64,000 bases of DNA from an uncultured Armatimonadia bacterium (GTDB lineage Bacteria > Armatimonadota > Zipacnadia > UBA1398 > CAZMGT01): NCBI GenBank assembly GCA_964565895.1, contig CAZMGT010000006.1, forward strand, positions 1,533 to 65,532. The letters run 5' to 3'. Below, one piece after another: positions 9,495 through 18,180 of this stretch. The notes under the pieces are model-generated. The model was not told the origin of the DNA, did no database searches, and saw only the letters and a list, made by a program, of their open reading frames with translations. A program made the position numbers and the translations under genes. Position 1 is the stretch's first letter. The number at the start of each line of letters is the position of its first letter.

Positions 9495-10094
9495 CTACTT
9501 CACCCGCTTTACCGTGCACCCAAAGGCCTTCGTCTCCGCGGGGTCTGGCGTCTTGCCCGCGAGCACGGCGGTGATCGCGTCGCGCAGATAGTGCTTGGTG
9601 ACCTTTGCCGGGTCTTTGCTGTCGTCGATCGCTCCGTGGTAGCGCAGGATCCCGTCCGGGGTGACAAGGAACGCCTCGGGGGTTACCTGAGCGTGCCACT
9701 GGTCGGCGACCTTGTTGCCCTCGTCCTTAAGCACAGGGAAGGTAAATCCCGCGGCCTGTGCATGGCGCTTAACCTCGTCAAACGGCTCCTGCTTGTTGGA
9801 GTTAATTCCCACAAAACCGACGCCCTTTGCCGCAAACTCCTTGCCCAAGGCGGCCATCCGCTCGTCGTAGGCCTTGGATACCGGGCAGCGCGTGGCGATC
9901 CAAATGACGATCAGCGCCTTGCGCCCCTTAAGCAGGTCGGCCAGCGAGTATGTCTTGCCATCTACGCCGGGGAGGGTAAAGTTGGGCACCTTCTGCCCGA
10001 TCTCCAGCTTGTTTCCCGCAGCGCCCGCGCCGGTCGCCGCGAGAACGAGCACCGCAAGAGCGCACACCGCAACTGCTCCGAAAATCCTGCGCAT
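9495..10094 (-). CDS. Thioredoxin-fold redoxin with monothiol CxxS motif, secreted
   Basis: ATG at 10094 preceded by GGGAGAGG. Signal peptide. ALIVIWIATRCPVS occupies the position of the WCxxC motif. The 47-aa N-extension in the track is discounted. Confidence 0.7.
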   Translation of the reverse strand: MRRIFGAVAVCALAVLVLAATGAGAAGNKLEIGQKVPNFTLPGVDGKTYSLADLLKGRKALIVIWIATRCPVSKAYDERMAALGKEFAAKGVGFVGINSNKQEPFDEVKRHAQAAGFTFPVLKDEGNKVADQWHAQVTPEAFLVTPDGILRYHGAIDDSKDPAKVTKHYLRDAITAVLAGKTPDPAETKAFGCTVKRVK

Positions 10095-10312
10095 CACCGC
10101 AACCTCTCCCTCCGCGCCCTGTGGCGCAAGGTTTTCCGGCGGGCCGGCCGCCGATCTTCCCGACGGACACAGCTGCCATTCGTTCCCCGCCGCGCCGGAA
10201 ATTAACATTCGCCGCGCCCATCTGCGAACCTGCACCCGCCGAAGGGCAAGCGCCGAAAAACCAGGCTAAACGAAAACCCGCTGGCAAAAAACGGAAGGCA
10301 ACGCTGAGGGGG

Positions 10313-11137
10313 CTACTGCTTGCCCTGCTCTGGCGGCTGTTGCTCGGGCTGAGCCTGGCCCAGGTTCCCCAAAAGGTTGAGCAGCGCATCGAGCTGGGCC
10401 CCTTGCTCGCCGGCGCCGCCCCCGCCTTGCAGCAGCGGCCCGAGCAGCGCGCCCAGGGGAAGCTGCCCCTCGGCACCCGGCGGCAAGGCCCCGGGCGCCC
10501 CGAGCAGCGCGCCCAACGCCCCGAGCTGGTCCAGCCCGCCTGCGCCACCCTGCTCGCCACCTTGGCCTTGGGCGAGCTGCGCCCCAGCGAGCATTTGCAG
10601 CAGAGCAAACAGCGCCTCGAGGTTCGCCGCGGTGGCCTCGCCCTTTATCGCGTCGAGCTGATCGATGTGGTCGAGGATCGCTTCCGGGTCGTTCTCCGCT
10701 CCAGCGCGATAGGCCTCGAGCAAGGCGAGCAGCGGCTTAATGTTAATCAGCGCGGCGAGGTTTCCCAGTTGGCCGAGCAGCGCCTGGTTGGCAGCGTCCA
10801 CTTGCCCCGGCGCTTGGGGCTGGGCGTTTTGGGGAAGCTCTCCCTCGCCCTGGCTCAGCGCGCCGCTTTCGGCAACGCCGGAGATAAGCGAAAGCAGCGC
10901 GCCCAGCCCGCCGGCCATGCCGTGCGAGCTCCCCGCCCCAAGCGAGCCGAACAAGCTCCCCACGCCCAGCGCGTTCAACGGGAGGTCGAGCTGGGGAAGC
11001 TCCGGCGCGGGAACCTCCTCGCCGAAGCCGGCAAACGGCCCCTCCTGCGCCTTGTTGTCCTGCGCTGCGCACGTCGCGCACAGCGCAACGCCCAGCGCCA
11101 CCGCGCAAGCCCAGGCAAACACCGACGATCGCCGCAT
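10313..11137 (-). CDS. Secreted low-complexity Gly/Ala/Leu/Gln-rich protein, hypothetical
   Basis: Signal peptide from MRRSSVFAWACAVALGVALCA. Preferred over the overlapping plus-strand Arg-rich ORF 10121..11173. Confidence 0.45.
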   Translation of the reverse strand: MRRSSVFAWACAVALGVALCATCAAQDNKAQEGPFAGFGEEVPAPELPQLDLPLNALGVGSLFGSLGAGSSHGMAGGLGALLSLISGVAESGALSQGEGELPQNAQPQAPGQVDAANQALLGQLGNLAALINIKPLLALLEAYRAGAENDPEAILDHIDQLDAIKGEATAANLEALFALLQMLAGAQLAQGQGGEQGGAGGLDQLGALGALLGAPGALPPGAEGQLPLGALLGPLLQGGGGAGEQGAQLDALLNLLGNLGQAQPEQQPPEQGKQ

Positions 11138-11227
11138 TGGCCACACCCCGCAACCGCGCATTGTTCCCTCTAAAACCACTATACCCGCTGGGGCGGAAAA
11201 ATGCTCAATTGCCACGCGCTCGCCCGC

Positions 11228-12808
11228 TCAGCTTCCCGCGAGCAGCGCTTGCGATTTCTCCTTTGCCGGAAGCAGCTCGAACTCCGCGACCAGGTCGCGC
11301 AGCGAAAGCCTAAGCTTGCCGCTTTTGTCCACGGGCTCAAGCCGACAGTTAACCTCGCGCGCCCGCTGGCGAATGGGCACGCCGTCGGACACGCGCACGT
11401 CGCTCTCCACAACAGCCGAGGCCGTCCCCCGCAGGCGAAAGCCTTTGTAGCGCACGGCCACGGGGAAGTTTATCTCCGAGGAGATGGTCGCCACGAGCTC
11501 GCCGCCCACCGTGCGCAGGGAGAGCAACGTGTGCCTGCTCGTTACCCGGTGCTTCTCCCCGAGGACGTCCTCGGTAACGTAGTTCTCCTCCCACGTCTCG
11601 CCCACGGCCACCGGCCGCGCGGGCCAGGCCACGGCGCCCAAAACGCGCACGAACAGGGCCACGGGGCTTGTCTCCGCGCGCTCCCCCTCTGGCCCGGGAA
11701 GCACCTTCACTGGCCGGTGCTGGGCGTCGAACAGCGTCGCCCGCGGCGGCGCCTGGGGCACCTTCATCTTCGCCTCGCCGATCTGTATCTCCGAGTCTGC
11801 GCTGGCGTAGCGCAAAAGCACGCCGTCCTCGCGCGGCTCGACCTGCGCCTCGACCTCGATCTCTCCGGTCAGCCGTTGGTTGTCGCCGAGGACGGTTACG
11901 TCAACGATCCCCGAGGCGCAGACGCGATAGCGCAGCGCCTGCCCCGCGCGCGGCCGAAAGGCCAGCGTTATCGCCTCGCCCGCGCGCGCCACGCTCGGGG
12001 GCTCCACCGTGCGCTTGTCCAGCACGACCTCCACATGAAGCGACTTTACCGTGGCCTCATACGCCTCCGCCTGCTTCGCCCCCTTAAACACCGCCTTACA
12101 GTCGACTACCTGCTTGAGCGTCTCGCCTGTCTCCAGCTCAACCTCGCTGTGGCCGTCAACGTAGACCGTCCCCTGCAGCTCGTGGGTGATGATCGTAATC
12201 GTCGTGGGGATCTTCACCCGCGACTCGATGAGGGCCACCTTGCGCCCGTCGCGCTCCTCTATTGCCGTAAGCTGGTGGCGAATGTCGAGCGAGATCGCCT
12301 CGCCGTCGGTCCCCAAAACCTCGACCTTGCGCCTCCAATAGTCGCCCACCTCGATCGGGTGGTCGGGGAAGAACAGCCCGCCCGTAACGCGGACCATGAG
12401 CGCGGCGAGGTCCAGGCCAGCGGCGTTGGGGTCGCGGGGAATAGGCTTGTCTACGGCAATAACGCGCTTGTCGGGAGCGACGCGAATAATCGCCTTTTTC
12501 CCCACATTTAGCAGCTCAACGTCGATCTTGTTCGCCGTAATATGCCCGTCGGTAACGGAGTACTCCACGGTGCACACGCCTTTGTCGTCTACGGCAAGCA
12601 CCTTTTGCCGCGTGCGCACTTGGGCGTCGACGACAAGGGGCTCTCCGAGGACGGCCATCTCCAGCTCGCCGTGGCCCGTGGTCACGTGCTCCACCACAGT
12701 GCCCACCTGCGGCCGATAGACGAGCGAAACTGGCTCCGCCGCGGCCGTAGCGCAAGCCAAAGCGCAAAGCACAAAGACCGGGAGAACGCGCACAAAGATG
12801 CGGTTCAT
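11228..12808 (-). CDS. Secreted beta-rich hypothetical protein (526 aa)
   Basis: Clear signal peptide (MNRIFVRVLPVFVLCALACATAAA). No recognisable catalytic motifs. Preferred over the antisense ORF 11201..12511. Confidence 0.55.
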   Translation of the reverse strand: MNRIFVRVLPVFVLCALACATAAAEPVSLVYRPQVGTVVEHVTTGHGELEMAVLGEPLVVDAQVRTRQKVLAVDDKGVCTVEYSVTDGHITANKIDVELLNVGKKAIIRVAPDKRVIAVDKPIPRDPNAAGLDLAALMVRVTGGLFFPDHPIEVGDYWRRKVEVLGTDGEAISLDIRHQLTAIEERDGRKVALIESRVKIPTTITIITHELQGTVYVDGHSEVELETGETLKQVVDCKAVFKGAKQAEAYEATVKSLHVEVVLDKRTVEPPSVARAGEAITLAFRPRAGQALRYRVCASGIVDVTVLGDNQRLTGEIEVEAQVEPREDGVLLRYASADSEIQIGEAKMKVPQAPPRATLFDAQHRPVKVLPGPEGERAETSPVALFVRVLGAVAWPARPVAVGETWEENYVTEDVLGEKHRVTSRHTLLSLRTVGGELVATISSEINFPVAVRYKGFRLRGTASAVVESDVRVSDGVPIRQRAREVNCRLEPVDKSGKLRLSLRDLVAEFELLPAKEKSQALLAGS

Positions 12809-12919
12809 CGTCTTCGCCTTCCCGCACGGATAGCACCAGGCGGTGGAGTCCTCCGCTAATTGTTGTTCGCGCGCTTTCGCTTGGCTCCTGCGCCGCTTCG
12901 ACGTGGGTGTTTCGCGAGC

Positions 12920-13579
12920 TTAGGAGAGCTTGGCCACAAAAATGTCCTCGGCAACGTCTTCGTCCAGGGCAATGGTCGTCTCGCCCACCTCGACGACGAA
13001 GCTTGGGTATTTCGCGTGCAGGCGGATCTCAGTTCCTGGAACAACGCCAAACGCCATAAGCTTGTGCAGCCGCGGGTGGTTTTTGGTCAGGATATAGACC
13101 ACTCGCGCGCGCTGGCCGGGCTCGAGTTCGGCAAGGGGGCCGATAACCTTCTCCGCCACGCGCCGCTCCGCGCGGCAGCACTCGCCCTCGGGAATGGGCA
13201 GCCCGTGGGGGCACTCCCGCGGGTGGCCGAGCACGGTGCAAATGCTCTCCTCGACCTCGGGCGAGATGACGTGCTCGAACTCGCACGCCGGGGGCTCGGC
13301 GTCGCCGACATCGAACGAGAGCACATCGACAAGCAGCCGCTCGGCCAGACGGTGCAAGCGCAAAGTGGTGCGCCCCAGCTTCTCGCCCTCCGGGGTAAGC
13401 TCCACGATGCCGTCGCGCAAGCGGACGTAGCCCTGCTCGCGCAGCTCGGCGAGGGGGTCGCCGTCTAAATGCCGGGCCAGCTCCTCGCGCACTGCGCCCT
13501 CGTCCAGCGGCTTGCCTTCTGCGTCTTGCTTTAGGCGATAGATAATCTCCAACGCATCTTCGCTGCGCTGCAGCGGCAT
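12920..13579 (-). CDS. DtxR/IdeR-family metal-dependent transcriptional repressor, with C-terminal SH3/FeoA-like domain
   Basis: N-terminal wHTH (SEDALEIIYRL), metal-site His/Cys/Glu residues, and a C-terminal SH3-like domain. Sits 51 nt downstream of feoB on the same strand. Confidence 0.85.
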   Translation of the reverse strand: MPLQRSEDALEIIYRLKQDAEGKPLDEGAVREELARHLDGDPLAELREQGYVRLRDGIVELTPEGEKLGRTTLRLHRLAERLLVDVLSFDVGDAEPPACEFEHVISPEVEESICTVLGHPRECPHGLPIPEGECCRAERRVAEKVIGPLAELEPGQRARVVYILTKNHPRLHKLMAFGVVPGTEIRLHAKYPSFVVEVGETTIALDEDVAEDIFVAKLS

Positions 13580-13630
13580 AGCCCCACCTTCTCCCTCTCT
13601 CCGGTGCCTTCGACGCCCGCGCGCTGCGCG

Positions 13631-15859
13631 CTATTGAAAGACGTGTAGCGCGCGGAGCAGATAGTTCAGCGCCCCACCCGCGGCGAACGCATAGGCGATG
13701 ACAAAGCCGACGATCGCCGCGGCCACGCGCAGCCCGCGCTCGCGAATGATGATAAACACGCTCGCCACGCAGGGCACAAAGAGAACCACGGTAACCACAG
13801 CGACGACAACCTGGACCGGCGTAAGCTCGGGGAGTGGCCCTCCCCCGGCGATCGTTGCCTCGCGGAGCATTACTACGGCATAGTCGCGCCGGACAAAGCC
13901 CATGATAAACGCCATTGCCGTCTGCCGGGGCAGGCCAAGCAGTCCGCTGATTACCGGCTCGCTCCACCGGGCGAGCACCCCGAGCAGGTCGGCGCGGTCG
14001 AGCACGAACAAAATGAACGTCCCGAGCAAAAACAGAGGCACGGCCTCGGTAACATACCAGCGCACGCGCATCCACGTCTTGCGCAAAACGTTGCCCAGCA
14101 CGGGCATGCGCATCGGCGGCAGCTCGACGATAAAATCGGGCTTCTCCCCAGGAAGCACCCGCGCCGCAAGATAGCCCACGAGGGCGAGGTGGAAGACGAT
14201 CGCTCCGACGGTGAGCAGCAAAACCTTCCACCCCAAGCTCGCCGTTACGGCAACGATGATCGCCAACTGCGCGGAGCAGGGAACGCCCAGGCCGAGGAGC
14301 AGCGTGGCGATAATCCGCTCGCGCCGCGTCTCCAAAATGCGCGTGGTAAGCACGGCCATCGTCCCACAGCCCAGGCCCAAGACCATGGGCAAAATGGCCT
14401 GCCCGCTTAACCCCACCCGGCTAAACAGCCTGTTTGCCAGCGCGGCAAGGCGCGGCAGATAGCCCGAATCCTCCAGTATCCCGAACGCGATGAAGAACGT
14501 GGTCACGATGGGGAAGACGATGGCAAAGGCATAGGTCAGCCCCATCGTGATCATCCCATATTCGCCCACGAAAAAGTCATATAACAGCCCGCCCTGGCGC
14601 ATCCCGAGCACAGGGCCGCACAGGTGCTCCGCGGCGGGGTTGATGTACTGCCCGAAGATTACGCTCTCGAAAAAGTCCACGAGCGTCCCCGCGCCGAGCA
14701 CGCCGACGAAGCGATACACAACATAAAGCACAACGGCGCCCGCGGCGAGGCCGAACAGGGGGTTGGTTAGGCGCAGCGAGATTTTCTCCTCGGCATGGGC
14801 CAGGGCGGCCCCAGCGAGCTCCCAGCCGCCGAGGATCGCCAAAAGATAGCGCCCGAGCGTGGCCCATAGCGGCCCCTCGCCCCCATAACCGACTAGGAGC
14901 GCCAGAGAGACGGCGATCGCCGTGAGGGCGAGGGCTACGCGGCTAGGAGGATAGACCCCGCGCTCGGCCTTCGGCTGGTGGCGCACAGCGCGGCGCAAGA
15001 GACGGTCGACCACCTCGCGCCGGCGGCGCTGGACAACGAGAAAGAGGGGCAGGTCGAAGTTGTCCTCGCAGGCGCGGATGATGTTGTCCACGCGGCGCAT
15101 CTCGTCAGGAGCGAGCCGCTTGCCCAGCCAGTCGAGCATCCCCGGCTCGCGGCACAACACCATAAGCGCAAGCGCCCTCTTGCTTGCCGGGCAGGGGGGC
15201 ATGAGCGGCTCGAGCAGGCCGATCGCCTTCTCCACCGGCGCGTCGTAGGTCACGCGCAGGCGCGCGACCCTCGGCCGGCCGATGGCCTCGCGCAGGGCGC
15301 CGATGCCATGGCCTGCGGTGGCCACGGTCTCCACAAATGGCACGCCCAGTTCCTCGGCAAGCGCGCGCCAGTCCACGGTAATCCCGCGCGCCGCCGCCTC
15401 GTCGGCCATGTTTAGGTCAACGACCATAGGCAGGCCCAGCTCGGCAAGCTGCACGGTAAGCAGCAGCGAGCGCTGCAAGTTCTTGGCGTCGGCAATCTGG
15501 ACGATCGCCGCCAGCTCCTCGGTGATCAGCACGTCGCGCGCCACGCGCGCATCCTCGGACAGCGCGGAGAGGCTCGCCACACCCGGGGTGTCGATTACCT
15601 CAACGAGCGTGCCCCCGAGATGCCCCGTGCCTCGCGTGAGCTGAACGGTCGTTCCCGGGTAGTTGGAGACGGTGGCGTAAAGGCCTGTCAGGTGGTGGAA
15701 GATAACGCTCTTGCCCACGTTGGGGCTGCCCACGAGGGCCACGCGGGGCAGCTCGCGCGGCACCCTGCGGCGCAAGCCAAAGCGGTGGCGGCGCCTGTGC
15801 TGGACGCTGCGCGGACGGCGCGGGGCGCCCTTTCCTCGTCCTGCGGCAGTGGCATCCAT
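13631..15859 (-). CDS. feoB: Ferrous iron transporter FeoB (G-domain plus polytopic membrane domain)
   Basis: G1 motif VALVGSPNVGKS, DTPG, followed by a long membrane domain. The first 37 aa from the ATG at 15859 are Arg-rich, so the true start is uncertain. Confidence 0.9.
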   Translation of the reverse strand: MDATAAGRGKGAPRRPRSVQHRRRHRFGLRRRVPRELPRVALVGSPNVGKSVIFHHLTGLYATVSNYPGTTVQLTRGTGHLGGTLVEVIDTPGVASLSALSEDARVARDVLITEELAAIVQIADAKNLQRSLLLTVQLAELGLPMVVDLNMADEAAARGITVDWRALAEELGVPFVETVATAGHGIGALREAIGRPRVARLRVTYDAPVEKAIGLLEPLMPPCPASKRALALMVLCREPGMLDWLGKRLAPDEMRRVDNIIRACEDNFDLPLFLVVQRRRREVVDRLLRRAVRHQPKAERGVYPPSRVALALTAIAVSLALLVGYGGEGPLWATLGRYLLAILGGWELAGAALAHAEEKISLRLTNPLFGLAAGAVVLYVVYRFVGVLGAGTLVDFFESVIFGQYINPAAEHLCGPVLGMRQGGLLYDFFVGEYGMITMGLTYAFAIVFPIVTTFFIAFGILEDSGYLPRLAALANRLFSRVGLSGQAILPMVLGLGCGTMAVLTTRILETRRERIIATLLLGLGVPCSAQLAIIVAVTASLGWKVLLLTVGAIVFHLALVGYLAARVLPGEKPDFIVELPPMRMPVLGNVLRKTWMRVRWYVTEAVPLFLLGTFILFVLDRADLLGVLARWSEPVISGLLGLPRQTAMAFIMGFVRRDYAVVMLREATIAGGGPLPELTPVQVVVAVVTVVLFVPCVASVFIIIRERGLRVAAAIVGFVIAYAFAAGGALNYLLRALHVFQ

Positions 15860-15900
15860 TGCTGCGCTAATTGAAATTCATTCTCAAAAAGCTCTCCCGT

Positions 15901-15929
15901 ACCATATACCACCGCTTCGCCCCTGTCAA
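15901..15929 (-). promoter_or_regulatory. Candidate sigma70-type promoter for feoB-dtxR (minus strand TTGACA-17-TATGGT)
   Basis: Minus-strand TTGACA (plus 15924..15929) with a 17-nt spacer to TATGGT. An AT-rich imperfect palindrome TAATTGAAATTCATT (15868..15882) lies between the -10 and the feoB ATG. Confidence 0.4.
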
Positions 15930-15961
15930 CAAAAACTTTTCCCCGCGCCGCGCAAAAACAT

Positions 15962-15989
15962 AAAAAACCCGCAGCCACGCGGCTGCGGG
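15962..15989 (-). terminator. Rho-independent terminator downstream of the DUF1559 gene
   Basis: Minus-strand RNA CCCGCAGCC-GCGU-GGCUGCGGG (9-bp perfect stem) followed by UUUUUU. Confidence 0.7.
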
Positions 15990-16018
15990 TCGGTCGTCTC
16001 AGCGCACGTCCCGTCGCG

Positions 16019-16759
16019 CTATGGGTTCCATGAGCCGGGGTCGAACATCTGGTGTCCGTCGTCTTCGATCGTCCACTCCGTATCCCACAGGGCCGTGCGC
16101 CACTTTACGTGGCCGTCGCAAAACGCCACGTTAAACCCGCCGTTGTGCCGGGGCTCGGGGTTTTCGTTCGGCCCCTGCCAGCTCGGCGGGCACTGCCCCG
16201 GCGGAGCGCTGGGGAAGCCCTCCGCGTTGCCGCCGTCGGCAAGCTGGTAGTTGCCGTTGGGCGGAGAGTCAGCAAGCATGATCGTATCCGCGGGGACCTC
16301 GATCTCGGCGAGCGAGACATAGCCGTCCAGCCCGCGCCAATCGTCCTCCTGGCTCCCCGGCTGCAAACCGTTCCACCACGCGCCGTTATAGGCGTAGCCG
16401 ATCTTCCCCCCGCCCTTGCTTCCCTTGTAGCCCTTGGGCTCCCAATACCACTCCTTGCGGCTGGGGCACTGAAAGATCTTAACGTTTTTCACGTAGGGGA
16501 AGATGGCCCACGCCCAGCAGGTAGCCGCGCTCGCCCCCGAGGTGTAAAACAGCGGGTCGCTGTCCACCATGCACCCGTCCCAGTCGTCGGCATACTCCAG
16601 GCAAGCGAGCGCGAGCTGCCGCGCGTTGGACATACACGCCGCCTGGCGCGCCTTCTCCCGGGCTTTAGCAAACACCGGGAAGAGAATTGACGCCAGGATG
16701 GCGATAATCGCAATGACCACGAGCAACTCAATAAGCGTAAATCCTCTCGTCTTGCCCAT
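16019..16759 (-). CDS. Prepilin-type N-terminal cleavage/methylation domain protein with DUF1559 (H-X9-DG) domain
   Basis: [17 protein letters not shown] pilin-like N-terminus, a Gly-rich body, and the C-terminal CDGH...W motif of DUF1559. ATG at 16759 preceded by AGGAGG. Confidence 0.85.
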   Translation of the reverse strand: MGKTRGFTLIELLVVIAIIAILASILFPVFAKAREKARQAACMSNARQLALACLEYADDWDGCMVDSDPLFYTSGASAATCWAWAIFPYVKNVKIFQCPSRKEWYWEPKGYKGSKGGGKIGYAYNGAWWNGLQPGSQEDDWRGLDGYVSLAEIEVPADTIMLADSPPNGNYQLADGGNAEGFPSAPPGQCPPSWQGPNENPEPRHNGGFNVAFCDGHVKWRTALWDTEWTIEDDGHQMFDPGSWNP

Positions 16760-16915
16760 CGCCCAACAGCCTCCTGTTTTGCGCCTCATTTCATCATTTA
16801 GAAACAAGGTCTTCGGCGAAGTTTCAGCGCCTGCGCGACATTTGCCGCGCTGCACAGCGAGCCTCAGTTCTCCCTCCTCGCCCATCGCTCACCCCCTCGC
16901 CACCCAGCCCGCGAA

Positions 16916-16945
16916 TTGACAGGCCCCAGCCCGGGGCAATACGAT
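16916..16945 (+). promoter_or_regulatory. Candidate promoter for wecB (TTGACA-18-TACGAT)
   Basis: The TTG that the ORF track uses as a start is more likely the -35 hexamer. The predicted +1 lies about 20 nt upstream of the ATG at 16973. Confidence 0.35.
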
Positions 16946-16972
16946 CTCGCAGAACACTCGGCGGAGGGCCCG

Positions 16973-18043
16973 ATGGTCGCCACGATCTTCGGCACGAGAC
17001 CCGAGATCACCAAGCTCGCCCCGCTGATCCCTCTTATCGACGCCGCGTTCGACCATCATGTTCTGTTTACCTCCCAGCACTACTCGCCAAACATGGCCCA
17101 ACTGTTCTTCGACGAGCTTCAAGTGCGCGAGCCCGATACGTTCCTCGACCTGCGCACGAGCGCGGTGGACAAGCTTACCGCGGCGGTCGCCGAGGAGCTC
17201 AAGCGGCTGCGGCCCAGGGCCGTCGTCGTCTACGGCGACACAAACTCCACCCTTGCCGCGGGGCGCGCCGCCCGCGAGGCGGGCCTGCCCCTAGCGCATA
17301 TCGAGGCCGGCCTGCGCTGCTTCGACCTCTCCCTGCCCGAGGAGCGCACGCGCATCGAGGTCGATGGAATAAGCGACCTGCTCCTCTGCCCCACCGAGCT
17401 GCAGGTAACGTACCTGCGCCGCGAAGGAGTTCCGGGCAGGGCCGAGGTTGTCGGGAACCTGATCGTCGATGCCGTGCAACGCTACCTGCCCAGCGAGAAG
17501 CGGCGCGCGGCGACGCTCCGCCGCTTGGGCGTCAGCCCCGGCAAATTCGCCGTGGCTACGATCCACCGCCAGGCTAACGTAGACACCGCGCCCGCGCTTA
17601 AGCGCTCGCTGGAGTGCCTGCGCCACGACATCCCCGTGGTCTTTCCCGTGCATCCCCGGACGCGCGCGCGGATGGACGAGTTTGGCCTAAAGCTTCCCGA
17701 GAACGTGGTGGGCACGGAGCCCCTGGGCTACCTGGAGTTCCTCTCGCTCCTCGCCGAGGCCGCGGTGGTGCTCACCGACTCCGGTGGGCTGCAGGAGGAG
17801 GCCATCGTCCTCGGCGTCCCCTGCCTTACCCTGCGCACGAGCACCGAGCGCTGGGAAACGGTGCGCGCCGGGGGAAACTTCCTCGTGGGCACGGAGCCCG
17901 CGCTTGTGCAAAGCTATGTCGCGATGATCCTCGACGAGGCGCTCGGCTTGGGCGAGAGAATGCGCCGCGCGCCCAACCCCTATGGCGAAAACGTTGCCCA
18001 AAAATGCCTCGCCGCGTTGCGCGACTGGCTGGCGCGGCTGTAG
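16973..18043 (+). CDS. wecB: UDP-N-acetylglucosamine 2-epimerase (non-hydrolysing)
   Basis: Full-length match to the epimerase_2 family (VATIFGTRPE, HIEAGLR, DSGG.QEE, PNPYGEN). ATG preceded by GGAGGG. Confidence 0.85.
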   Translation: MVATIFGTRPEITKLAPLIPLIDAAFDHHVLFTSQHYSPNMAQLFFDELQVREPDTFLDLRTSAVDKLTAAVAEELKRLRPRAVVVYGDTNSTLAAGRAAREAGLPLAHIEAGLRCFDLSLPEERTRIEVDGISDLLLCPTELQVTYLRREGVPGRAEVVGNLIVDAVQRYLPSEKRRAATLRRLGVSPGKFAVATIHRQANVDTAPALKRSLECLRHDIPVVFPVHPRTRARMDEFGLKLPENVVGTEPLGYLEFLSLLAEAAVVLTDSGGLQEEAIVLGVPCLTLRTSTERWETVRAGGNFLVGTEPALVQSYVAMILDEALGLGERMRRAPNPYGENVAQKCLAALRDWLARL

Positions 18044-18180
18044 CGGCCCACGGGGCGAGCGCGCTTGGCCCCTGCCGGCGCTCGCTTCCGCAAAACGGCC
18101 CCGAACGTATTTGCGGCAAGGATGTCTAAAAGAAGAAACACCGCGGCAAGTGCTCATGACCGGCGAAGGGGAGATATTCC

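Noticed and set aside
15748-15859. Arg-rich N-terminal 37 aa of FeoB from the first ATG; similar extensions on the GH5, rSAM, SRPBCC, MoxR and sigH ORFs.
   Set aside because: They have no SD, non-native composition and no homology. Downstream GTG/TTG/ATG starts with good SD were preferred where identifiable. The FeoB start is left uncertain.
16020-16050. tRNA-like T-arm string (ggttcca...gggtcgaac).
   Set aside because: It lies inside the DUF1559 coding region. No acceptor/anticodon-arm complementarity was found.
18053-18097. Inverted repeat gcgagcgc...gcgctcgc after wecB as a possible terminator.
   Set aside because: The loop is about 18 nt and there is no trailing U-tract. It is not convincing as an intrinsic terminator.
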